The notes under the pieces are model-generated. The model was not told where the DNA came from. It did not search any database and saw only the letters and a list, made by a program, of their open reading frames with translations. From contig JBEUKZ010000069.1 of NCBI GenBank assembly GCA_048128005.1, forward strand, positions 186,001 to 250,000: a stretch of 64,000 nucleotides of DNA, read 5' to 3'. The translations under genes and the position numbers were made by a program. This document shows, piece by piece, positions 52,572-64,000 of this stretch; the first letter of the stretch is position 1, and every line of letters begins with the position of its first letter. This stretch comes from Veleropilina oligotropha (Eukaryota).

Positions 52572-54063
52572 CTAGTGTGGTTTCTCCCTTGTGTGGATTA
52601 ACATGTGGCGTTTACAATTATATGCTAGTGAAAATGACTTATTACACACAGCGCATTGGTGAGGCCTCTCTCAGGTATGGGTCAACATATGTGTTCTAAG
52701 ATTACCTACTTGTGAAAATGTCTTATTACACACAACACATTGATGCAGCCTCTCTCCGGTATGGGTCAACATGTGTCTTCTAAGATTACCTACTTTTGAA
52801 AATGTCTTATTACACACAACACATTGATGCAGCCTTTCTCCGGTATGGGTCAACATGTGTGTTCTCAGATTATTTGCTAGTGAACATGCATGATCACAAA
52901 CAGCACATTTGTGCCGTTTCTTTCCCGTATGGGTGAACATGTGCGTTCTAAGACTACCTGCTTGTGAAAATGTCTTATTACATGTCTTATTACATGTGTG
53001 TTCTAAGATGACCTGCTTGTGAAAATGTCTTATTACACACAACACAATGATGCAGCGTTTCTCCGGTATGGGTCAACATGTGCGTTCTCAGATTCTTTGC
53101 TAGTGAACACGCATGATCACAAACAGCACATTTGTGCCGTTTCTCTCCCGTATGGGTGAACATGTGCGTTCTAAGATTATCGGCTAGTGAAAATGCACGA
53201 TTACAAACAGCACATGTGTGCGGTTTCTCTCCCGTATGGGTGAACATGTGCGTTTTAAGATGACTTGCTAGTGAAAATGCATGATTACAAACAGCACATT
53301 TGTGCGGTTTCTCTCCCGTATGTGTCAACATGTGCGTTCTCAGACGACCTGCAATTGAGAATTTCCCAAAGCACAAGCCACACTGATATGGTTTATCACC
53401 AGTGTGGGTTAGCATGTGTCTCTTAACAGTGCTCGCTTGCGAAAATGTTCGATTGCACACAGCACACTGATGGGGCTTCTCTCCTGTATGGACTAGCATA
53501 TGCATTTTACAATTACGTGATTTTGAAAATGCCATGTCACAAACAGCACATCGATATGCACTCTCCTTAGTGTGAATTACCATATGGCTTTTGAGACTTT
53601 GTGAAAGTGAAAATGTCTTATTACACACAGCACACTGGTGTTGTTTTTCTCCAGTATGGATTAGCATGCGAGTCCTAAGATTACCTGCTCGTGTGAATTT
53701 CTGCATACATAATACACATTGATGTGGTTTCTCCCCAGTGTGAATCAACATGTGCTGTTTAATACTGAGTGCTCGCGAAAATTTTCGATTACACACAGCA
53801 CACTGATGCAGTTTCTCTCCAGTATGAATTGTCATGTGATGGTTAAGATAATTCGTTTGGGAAAAGGCCAGGTTACACTTAACACAGTGGTACGGTTTTT
53901 CTCCTATGTGAGTACGAATGTGCATTTTCAAACTAGACAAAATAATAAATGACTTGTCACACAAGTTGCAGTTGTGTCGCATATCACGTAATTTCCTGTG
54001 ATATTTAAGCTTATTTGCATCAGTGAAGTTTTTGCCGCATTCATGGCACTTTTGGGGCTCCAA
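52572..54063 (-). pseudogene. C2H2 zinc-finger paralog ZNF-C, probably disabled (~17 finger repeats)
   Basis: Start is TTG where paralogs have ATG (ACCACATTGGAG). A TGTCTTATTACA duplication at 52971-52994 causes a stop/frameshift; in-frame TGA at 52671-52673; final TAG shared with ZNF-A. Confidence 0.85.
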
Positions 54064-55880
54064 TGTGGTATGAATTTGAGAAAAAATATTAATTGACAGA
54101 ACAAATAATGATGCTACCTCAAGGTGTCACGATTTGCAGACCACGTATTCAAAGTTTTGCATTATTTTGGAACTAGACACCAGCTTTTTCACTCTGAAGT
54201 CACAATTTGATGACCTGGCGCCATCCGGCAGATTTGTGCCTAACACTATTCACAAAATGCAAACACAACAGGCGTTATAAAATACAGTTCACTGAATGGT
54301 AACCTCAAACAGATTTAGTGATTTCAATAAGGGAAAAGTAATTTTCACTTTCGCGACACGATCCCAGTAAACGGAGACACCTGCTGAATTCCTCGTGCAT
54401 TTTAATAGGGCTTGTGAATGCAACTGCATTGACCATCAGTTAGTGTTAGAACACCTGAAATATAAACATGCCTTCATGTAAAAATCGAATATCAAAAGTT
54501 GAAAACAATAACTACCCGAAAAGAAAGAACTATTGAAATAGCATACAAACATATCATACACATGGCTCATGTTAGAGAGCGTAGGGGCGCATTGACACAC
54601 GTAAAAATCGGGAACGTGAACTCTTTATATATCTAGATGCACATATATTTTTATTTTTTTTAAATTTATCTTATTAAATGTAGGTTCGCAGATTGTAAAG
54701 CGCTGCACGAAGAAGGCTAATCCATCAATTGTATTGTCTTTATATCAACATATATAGTGAAGAACTACAGGTGTGGGGGACATTTTGTTATTTTATTACA
54801 ATAATGAACACAGACTTAGAAAACAGGGTAACAGGGTGTACTGTACACGATGGGAATAATACATATATCATAATATGCCCCTACCCATTGTCTGCCAGGT
54901 GCCAACAGCGTGGTGTATTTTAACTGCAGTAACAGTAATACCTCGGAAGACGGTTATCTCTGAAAAACAATGAATTATGTGAACAGTGTATCTTAAAGCT
55001 TAGACAAACTACAAAAATACAAAATCTTACAGGTTACCTAAAATACGTCTAACTCAATGACCATACATGTACGGTTAGCCTGGATACTAAAACAAATTTA
55101 ACATATTCACTTCATCGATTTGCGAACAATACGCAAATAGTCAGCATTGTTTTACGGAATACTTCAAAATGTCCATATGCTGCAGACGACACATCAAGGC
55201 CCCTGTAGTAGCGAATGCAAGAGTTATATTGCATGCAGTAACTTAATGAGAGCATGCATTTGTTCGTTACATGGTGTTAAGAATAACATGCATAAACAAT
55301 AACTAATCTTATATTATTTCACTAAATAACCATTACATTTTTTTTAAATATGATAATTCCGTACGATTTCTGCATTGTGCATGATATAAACAATGCGACT
55401 CTGATTTACACATGGACGCAAAACTGTAATGTCGTCTGTTTTATGGGAATGCGATATGGCGCGCCAGGCATTGCGCGATGCTTCTTAGTGATACTGTCAT
55501 TGTGTCGATGTAAGAACTTTGACAATTATTATCATTACGACATTAGTTGAATACATGCAAGGCGATTATTCATGAATTTGTGTTATCAAATTATAGGGCT
55601 CAAAATTACAAAATTGCTTCCTACGTCACTGCAGCGTGGAGCTGTTGCAGGAGTCACTCGGGCCACGTCATAACACATGCATTTGTGTAATCGAATTTGC
55701 ACAGGATCGAAATGTCAGTATTCATTTCATTGTCTCTGGCAGATCAAATTATATTTCGATCAGGTAATTATATACTTAACTGAAACGCCAGATCAACCAA
55801 ACGCTACTGTACATGATGAAGACCGATTTGCGATTTGTGTACAAGCTAGCTACGCATCTTAATACTGATTGCATGAAATT

Positions 55881-55935
55881 CTTACCGCGTTTATAACTCA
55901 AAATCCGCACCGTAACAACTTTCAGACGCCATTTT
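55881..55935 (-). promoter_or_regulatory. Candidate first-exon signals for ZNF-C: YY1 motif and 5' splice donor
   Basis: AAAATGGCGTC (55925-55935, minus) followed by CG|GTAAG (intron starting 55885); conserved acceptor at 54455-54456. Confidence 0.35.
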
Positions 55936-58266
55936 AATTTATGCGGTGATGAAGATTACTTGTTGTACAGAATATCCGTTGTTTACCTCTTTCTCACACA
56001 AAACATCAGAATGGTCATCGTTGGTCTGTTTTCAGGCTAGATTATGATCACAAGTAAAAATCTTAACCAGCAAGTAATATAAAGTATATGTTCAAGTGTA
56101 TACATTTCCGTGAATGATAGGAGTATTTCAGATTAACATATCCGACTTTATTCAGTTGCGTCTTCGGACCATATTATTTGGATTTATATACTCATCTTAT
56201 TCATTTTAAAAAGTTTGACAAGTTATACTCAGCAAATTTAAATTAATAAATAAGTTTTTGTTTTGCCAAACGGAATCTGTAATATATACCTGACTTAATA
56301 TATGTTAGATTATTTCGCTTCCTATCTTTTTAATATTGGAGTCTTTGCAGAGTCGCCTACATTTAGATTAGGTGGGAATTCTTATAAAGAAAACAAAAGT
56401 GAATATTTGCACGCACGGAGAGTCCAATATTGTGCTTTAAAACGGCAATAACTTTATATACAGGTAAATGTACAGGTGGGGACTTATAGCGTCCGTTGTT
56501 TCTATCATGCCTTCACAAGTGCGCAGCTCGTTGTTTGCATGTTGACACGATATTCATTATCCACTCCATCGAGCGCATTAGGCGTGATACGCGGGTAGTG
56601 ATATCACTTGGATATCTACCAAGCATGCAGGTCCCCATTCACATTGGATGAGGAGACCGATGCAAAATTAAATAGGCATGTGCATGTTTCTTTGACCAAG
56701 GAAAGACCGCGAAATGACGACTTGACGGCGAGCGTGTGCGAGCAGATGTCTCTGATCTACCCTGTACGACACAACCGCACAAATGTGCTTTAATTATTGC
56801 TTGCATATGAGTTACAATTGAGGTTAAAGGCCGGAATCTGCAGCCACCCGGTAGGTAGGCGAGATCTGCGCTTTTGAGGCGTGACCTTCTGTCGTCGGTG
56901 ATTCAGACTTGCCTGTGAAGATAATTGCCTATACTAAAAATAAACACCATTGCGTCGCACTAAATAGGTACGTCTTTTGTTATATGACTGTCAATCAAAG
57001 TCGCAGTTTTGTTTCTACAATTTGCCAACCAATCATATTGTTTATAAAATCGATTCCTCGATGTTCCCTGTCAGCTCCCAAAATCAGAAATGGGCTCGTC
57101 CCCGCCTGTCGCCTTTAATAGTGGCACCCCGGCCTTTAAAATACAATGAGTTTTGACTTATCAATATTTTAAAAATAGCTTTTGTTTCAGAATATTTCAC
57201 GTGTTCAACATTTTAATATGCAAAGGCAACATATAGTAATATATAATTTATCAACATTAATTTCCAGCACAACTATTAAATACACTTTTGTATTTGAATA
57301 TATATAACATATCTATAATCTGTATCCATGATTGACCAATATAATATTAATTATATGTCCCGTCATAAAGCTACCAATGTGCAAAGATGTTCAATTTATC
57401 GCTTTGTATGCTGATAATTATGCTGCATTCGATACCGCTCGTGATTACGTAAAAAATGTTTATTGCGCTCGGAACCGTAGTCAGGTCGTGTTCACAAGTC
57501 GTAACTCGTAATTAATTTTCTTGCTCGAAAAAGGTGATAAGGCGACCTTGACCTTAAAATGGTGGAATCTAGACAGCAAATACTGATTAACAGCTTGTCG
57601 ATATTAATATGAAAGAGATAATGTGAAATAATTTGTATTCAATGTTCACCAAACATGGTAAATGTGTATGTAGCGATAATATCTATATGTGAATATATAT
57701 TTTATGTAAATCATTGCTTGTTTTTATGTAAATAGTGTTTAAACCTAGTCTCTTATTTGGTCTTGTACCTGCTGACTTTGCATAAACAAATTAAAAATAG
57801 AGACCTAAATAGGAAGTATCGCACACTTGACACAAGATTCGCTGATCGAAAGACAGACTTGCTGCGGGCGAGATTGATGTCATGCAATACACCAATAGCG
57901 CGTCGAATTTTGTTCATTTAGGTTAGTGTAATTTCATGTATATGTATACATTTTGTATTATTAACATTTTCCTGTGTACGCATATGATTATGTTTTGTAA
58001 TAATTATTGTATGACCATTTATCAGATAGTAATTAAGTATTTTATTTTTCATGCCAAGTACATAATTTGTATAACTTGTATTATTATAATTTCGTTTTGT
58101 CTCGTATGTACATATTTTCTAATAACGATGATATATGTCGTCTTTTAGTAAATATTTTATTTCTTTACCGACGTGTCTTGTCTTGCATTTAGTGCAATTA
58201 CCTTGTATTGCTCAGTTAATCCGATTTACAAAAACTGTGACAGCATGAATGCCTCATTGTTTACTT

Positions 58267-58522
58267 GGCCGCTTCGACAGTGCAGTGGTACGGTTGTGGA
58301 TTCCGAAAATCACTTATTTGATTCCGCTGACGCGAACAGTAGTGGGTCCTACCCTCGGCAGAGGCATCACACATTTGTGCAAGTTATGAATCGCAGATGT
58401 CCGTGACTGGTCGAAGAGGGTGGGTTTACCCGGGCGACCGGGCTTTCCTATCGGGATATTACGGACATGTCCTGGTTTGAACCAAATGATGGTTGAAAAT
58501 ATACAGGACATTTAGCATCGAT
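58267..58522 (+). mobile_element. SINE family 1 copy
   Basis: GGCCGCTTCGACAG...GGTTTACCCGGGCGACCGGGCTTTCC...AAATATACAGGACATTTAGCAT. Confidence 0.85.
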
Positions 58523-60099
58523 CTTTTTCTTTTCATTGTTTACTTAATCCTTCTACAGCAAAAAATTATCAGGACGTCGACTCCAATTTTGTCCAAAATC
58601 GCTAGGAGTCGACGTCCCGTGCATGAACCTATGCAAAGGTCACATTTTTTCTTCAGCGGCATCGACGGGTGAGTGGTTAACACGTCACACTCTCAATGAA
58701 AGCTGTTGATTGGTCCCTGGTTCGTGGCCAGCGGTGGTTCATTCTACCGCTTAAAATAATCAAAAATGTATGAATAAATGCAATACAGCTTAGTGTGCTA
58801 TATAACCCCAATATTCTACGTGGTGTACGTTGTTCACTACTAAACAAAATATGTGTATTATAGTATATAGACAGCACGATGCGAATATGCAACGTATGGG
58901 TTGGTTATTTGATGCTTAATCCCCGGGAGTGCCGGGTATTTTCCCCAGGATAGTACCTCCATTGCGCACCACACTAATTCATTTCATCATTCAAAGTTGA
59001 TTGACTCGATTTATAAAGGAAATACTGTTGGCCTGGTCATTCATCATGTTTGTTATTTAACATTTTCCAAGTAATTCTTGGACCTATGCGATGGCTTAAT
59101 CACTCCGAATGGATGTAGGCTACTCGTAATCTGGTAATAATGGAGAAATATGAATCTGATTTACAAGGTATATTGGATTATCATGATTATTCGGATTCTT
59201 TTCGGAATCCGATAGATGGAATTATGAATTATGATTGATCAAATATGATCCAAACACGTTATATTCATCTCACGAAATATTCATCTCCGTCGTCGTCGTC
59301 AACATTATATGATGGTGGCAATTATATGATGGTGGCAATTATTCATCAATATGGACCCCCTGGAACACATCTAGATTGGCCTGTTATCTGGAAAATCCAA
59401 AGGGACATTTTTTGAAGTGATTTATGATCTTACCCCATCTTTGTAATTTCACCGAAAAATGATAGTCTGTGTCTTATTGGTCCTTGGATTTGGTGAAACA
59501 ATTATGGATTTTATGTTAAAATCACAAAATTCGGCATAGATGTAAGTAAGATAGAGTAGACAAAAAGTGAATGTGGGCCTCCATTTGAAAATCAAATATG
59601 GCGCCCAACAATTCGATATGGCTGCCCAAAACATAAAAAATGGTATATTTAGCTATAATTGTTAACAATAATGAACAGTTATTATTATTTTTGCTCCTAA
59701 AATAATGTTTAGTCAACACACCCAACTCTGTAAGCTTTTATACAAACAAAAAATCCACCATGGCTACCGAGATACATGAAAATGGTGTATTGCATCATAG
59801 TACTTTGTATACGGTATTTAACTTTATTTCTTAAAATAATGTTGTAGCTGTTATTTACGTTTTTGCTAATAAAATAGGCTTAGTCGACACTAATAACGCT
59901 GCAAACATTTTTATCCGCAGAAATCCAAAATGGCTGGTAAAAATCAAAATGGCTGCCAAAATACATGAAAATGGTGCATTTCACCAACTTGATTCACAGT
60001 AATATACATTAATTTTGTTTAGACTAAAAATGAGATATTTAACATCGTTCCAAACCAAACATCAGATGAAACTTTGTTTTGCCAGATAAGATCACGAAC

Positions 60100-60445
60100 C
60101 AAGTCTCAAATCCTGTCAGAGAAAGAAATGATTAAGAATTATCGACCTGTGTCAAATCTAACCTTCATCTCCAAGATCCTACATAAACTATATCTTCGCG
60201 TCTCCAGCATCCCATGAAAAGTTACGGCTTACAAGATCAGTTCCAATCAGCATATCGGATCGGACATTCAACAGATGCAGCCGTGTTACGAGTTCACCAA
60301 GATGTTGCTCAGGCGTTGGATAATAAATGCTCTGTGGCACTTATGTTATTCGACCAATCAGCGGCTTTTGACCTTATCGACTATGAAGTACTGTTTCACC
60401 GTCTCGAATATACCTATAGTGTATCAAATAATTGTGTCCTTCGTG
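60100..60445 (+). mobile_element. LINE (CR1/L2-group) reverse transcriptase fragment
   Basis: KNYRPVSNLTFISKIL followed by QSAYRIGHSTDAAVLRVHQDV...LFDQSAAFDLIDYEVL. Confidence 0.8.
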
Positions 60446-62746
60446 GTTCAAATCTTACCTGTGTGACATAACTCAATGTGTGGCAATAGGATCAGCCAAT
60501 TCAGACGACAAGCATGCTCTATGTCGGGTTTATCAGGTTCGTGAAAATTTTGGGTAGATTTTTGCCAATGTATTTTTTTAGTTAACTTGTGACCTTATGA
60601 TTATAAAAAAATGGGTTGGCATTTTTGGGGCGGCCATCTTGGTGTATCGACGGCCATCTTGAATTTTGACATATCCGAAACCCAATTCTGATCATACATG
60701 CCGACATATAAACTTGCGACATAGTAACTACTCAACATTTAGTAGTATCTTAATTTGTCTTACTTTTACATAGAGACACGTCGAAATGATTGCCTGTGCT
60801 GTGCAACAAAAATATTGGAAACAACAGCGTCTACATACCCACAAATTGTATTAAAGGTCGACCCCTCAGGGTTTTAATCGATAATCGTGATGCCAAGGTG
60901 GACACTGTCATTTCATGCACTTGCTGGATCCATGCTTGGGGAATGTATTGCACCGGGAGGTGCGGCAGTGCGTGTTGCTTAACCCACAAAACTAGACGTC
61001 AATTATGGAAACAAGTTGAGGAATACCCCAAACAGGAATTGAACTAATGGCGTGTCCAATTCTGGGAAATCCCAAACCGAATCCCAGTCCCTGTTACCCT
61101 GATTTCAAATCACTACAACACCAGCAATTGCTAAGACCATCCGAGATGAATGACATGAGTTGGTTATTAATTCGCTATTGTAGCCGAACATCAGCAAATA
61201 TTCGCCCAATGAACAAGGCAATCCGAGATTGCAAACCTTCGCCCCGGTCGCAAGGAATGTTGGAAGCTAGAAATCTTTGCGAATACTAGTTGAAGAACAT
61301 TGAAGTTTGTGTGCCGAAACGTTCTAGCGCTAGCGGCGAAAATCCGCAAACCAGAAATTGAGACATAAACTCCGGATCTTCTTTCCGACTCCGATAATCT
61401 GTAATGAGGACCGATAATAGAGTGAACCATATTTTTGTCTTAAAAAATTAAGTAAATCGGTTCAGCGGTAGCGGAAAATTGCGTCATAAAATCAGGATCA
61501 GTTTTCCGACTCCAATCATGTTTAAGGAGGTGCAGTCGTAGTGTGGACCATGTCTTGTGTAAAAAAAGTGGATAAATCGGTTCAATGGTCGTTAAAATAT
61601 AGCTGAACGTCCGGAAATTGCGTCATCAAATCCGGATCCGCTATCCGATTTCGATCATCTTTGAAGAGAACCGAGCTTAGAGGAGGGGGGGGGGGGGGGC
61701 ATATCGTGTGTGAAAAGATGATATAAATCGAATCAATGGTTGTTGAGATATGCCCGCGGACAGACAATCCGCAAACCGGAAATTGCGTCATAAAATCTTA
61801 ATCCGCTCTCCAACTTGAGGAGGACCGAGCGTATGATGGACCCTATCTCGTTTACAAAAAATAAGTAACCGGATCAATGGTTGTTAATATATGCTCACGG
61901 ACAGACAGACAGACAGACGCACAGACAAACCGACCATATTGCAATACCTTCTACCACCACTAAGTGGGCGAAGGTAATAACAGTGATGTAGCAACAGATG
62001 AACTATCTGTCACTATAGTTGCAGAACCAGAAGCAGCTGTTGTTGATGCACTACCAGCAAACAGTCTGTGCCTGTCTGATATACATACAACTCAATAGTG
62101 GCATCATCTCTACAGACGAAAAGTCGACATGTAGATACAGTGCATGCGTTGCCACTTATCAAAGCTCCGCCACAAGCGCGGAATACTCTGTTTACATCTC
62201 TCTTGCACCTTTATAATGTGAACATGTTGACCAGATAACCAGATAGCAAATTATTGATGTGCGTGTGGTTGGATATGAACTTATACAAACGGGTCTTGAA
62301 ACTCGCTTACCTGCTGCCTGACATATACACTGACAAGTGGATTGAGTCACCTGTATAGTTTAATATCACTGTTTGTGTTGCGGGAAGTGGACTAGAGGAC
62401 ATATGGGTAGAGGCCGACATATACAGCAATGTCACTGTCATGCAGGATAATAAATGACAAGCGCTATAAACGTGCCATTGAGTGCCATATTTTAACTTTG
62501 GAAGCCGTTCGTATAACTTATCAACTGCAACCTAAAAGTTGGCAATGCGCTATGCCACCCCAAAATAGGAAGGGCCGTGGGATGAGGGCCCGACCAGGGC
62601 CAGAAACCGATGTCGGGAGGTTTTGGCTGTAATTCACCCGGTACCAGCCATGCAGGATAACTACTATTTTAATTCATCAACCAATGTGGGGCACCCGGAA
62701 AGCATAAGCTGTGCTAGGTCTTCACAGTGATCATATACCGTAAGGG

Positions 62747-63790
62747 GGTGCGTCGATTTACCCCAATCGACCCCAATCGAACCCCAATCGACCCCAATCG
62801 AACCCCAATCGACCTCAAGTATGCAGCAACGTACCTATATCAACTATAATATACATAGATAATGTAAATAATATGAATTATATTAATATTTTAGGCTTAA
62901 TTGCAATTGCGTACTTCGTTTTTGAGTCCGTCGAAGTCGGGAGCGCAAATGTTGAATCCCGCAGTTACTTTCTGTGTTGCTATATTTAGACTGTTGTGTA
63001 GAAAACTACTAAAACCTCCATGTCTTATATATTTGCCCATGACGCGGCTTCAAGCCCTGATCGGGCATTCATTTGTATTACTATAAGATCAAAGGTTCAC
63101 TTTCTGATTCCTCATACTTTGTGCTGGTCGGCATACGCCATATAAGGCTCGGTTTCGAGATCAAAGGTTCACTTTCTGCTTCCTCATACTTTGTGCTCGT
63201 CGGCATACGCCATATAAGGCTCGGTTTCGAGATCAGAGGTTTGCACATCTCCAACGGTCGAACTCCAGTCAAAACAATCGCATAACATTAAGCAACTTGC
63301 TTGAACTAAACTTTGTTGATAGTTAAGTAGATATATTGATACTTCTCAGAGAAATAAAGTAATGAACTATGAAATATGGTTTGAAGTTTACAACGATTAT
63401 CCTTTCGCGATTTGCGCACACAACGGAACCGACAAGGACACTATTTAGCGCAATAAAAATAATTATTACAAAGTAAAGATAACATAATTCATTATATATA
63501 TGTATACTGTTTATCATATTTGCATGCTACCAGTTGGATTTAGTTCGTGTAATTAGAACCGTTTCGCGAATTCAATATTTGTGATCCCGACTTCCCGAAC
63601 TAAAAAACGATGTACGCAATTGCAATTGGGCCTAATATAATTAAATAAATCATAATGTGCACATTATGGATGTATATTATAGTTGACAGGGGGTCGATTG
63701 GGGTTCGATTGGGGTCGATTGGGGTTCGATTGGGGTCGATTGGGGTTCGATTGGGTTCGATTGGGGTCGATTGGGGTAAATCGACGTGCC
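62747..63790. mobile_element. Foldback/MULE-like non-autonomous element with ~200-bp TIRs containing (ACCCCAATCG[A])n
   Basis: GGTGCGTCGATTTACCCCAATCG... versus ...CGATTGGGGTAAATCGACGTGCC. Imperfect 9-10-bp TSD ACCGTAAGGG/GCCGTAAAGG; empty site at ~49538 in copy 1; internal 72-bp duplication at ~63086-63237. Confidence 0.8.
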
Positions 63791-64000
63791 GCCGTAAAGG
63801 TGATGGTTATCTTGAGCACGTCAGCAGTTGGTGTTCCGCTGGCGAGCCTGGACGTCACTCGAGGAAGCGCTTCGTGGAACTCTACCCTCAGCCCTTTCCT
63901 CAACCCCTCAATTGTCATTCCGTTCAACAGAAACATGCCACATATCCACCGGATCATGCTCATCTCCGTTCTTTCCAATTTCATGTCATGATCCCCCCCC

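Larger units (their letters stand above)
59333..64000 (+). repeat. Segmental duplication, copy 2 (runs off the window)
   Basis: Colinear with 45823-49760 apart from copy-specific indels. Confidence 0.92.

Noticed and set aside
56828..57135. TTAA-flanked MITE
   Set aside because: Only a 7-bp terminal match (AGGCCGG); insufficient without other copies.

Overview
AT-rich, repeat-dense animal genomic DNA, probably from a lophotrochozoan such as a mollusc (inferred from SINE and non-autonomous Helentron-type repeats, not proven). Host content is a cluster of paralogous C2H2 zinc-finger genes with single coding exons: ZNF-A 16356-17456(+), ZNF-B 40777-41616(+), disabled ZNF-C 52572-54063(-), plus fragments and a segmental duplication. 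The rest is layered mobile DNA. Two things stand out. (1) A 5'-truncated Penelope-like GIY-YIG ORF (12431-13087) is followed by an almost invariant head-to-tail array of 7.5 x 287-bp units. Each unit holds a tRNA-like cloverleaf (intact Pol III A/B boxes, T4 terminator, non-decoding anticodon loop) whose 3' end and trailer are complementary to the 31 nt immediately upstream. Array units and the Penelope 3' end both end in AAA(TACA)n and share a 13-nt motif, suggesting a non-autonomous, possibly self-priming partner RNA element. (2) Several microsatellite-anchored DNA elements carry arrays of a GTCC(CT/TC/AC) motif and spliced genes ending in a Myb/SANT-like exon resembling tyrosine-recombinase (Crypton-like) proteins. 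One ~12.2-kb copy (22606-34803) contains tandemly duplicated 33-nt and 57-nt phase-1 microexons. Family names come from recalled motif resemblance; no searches were run.
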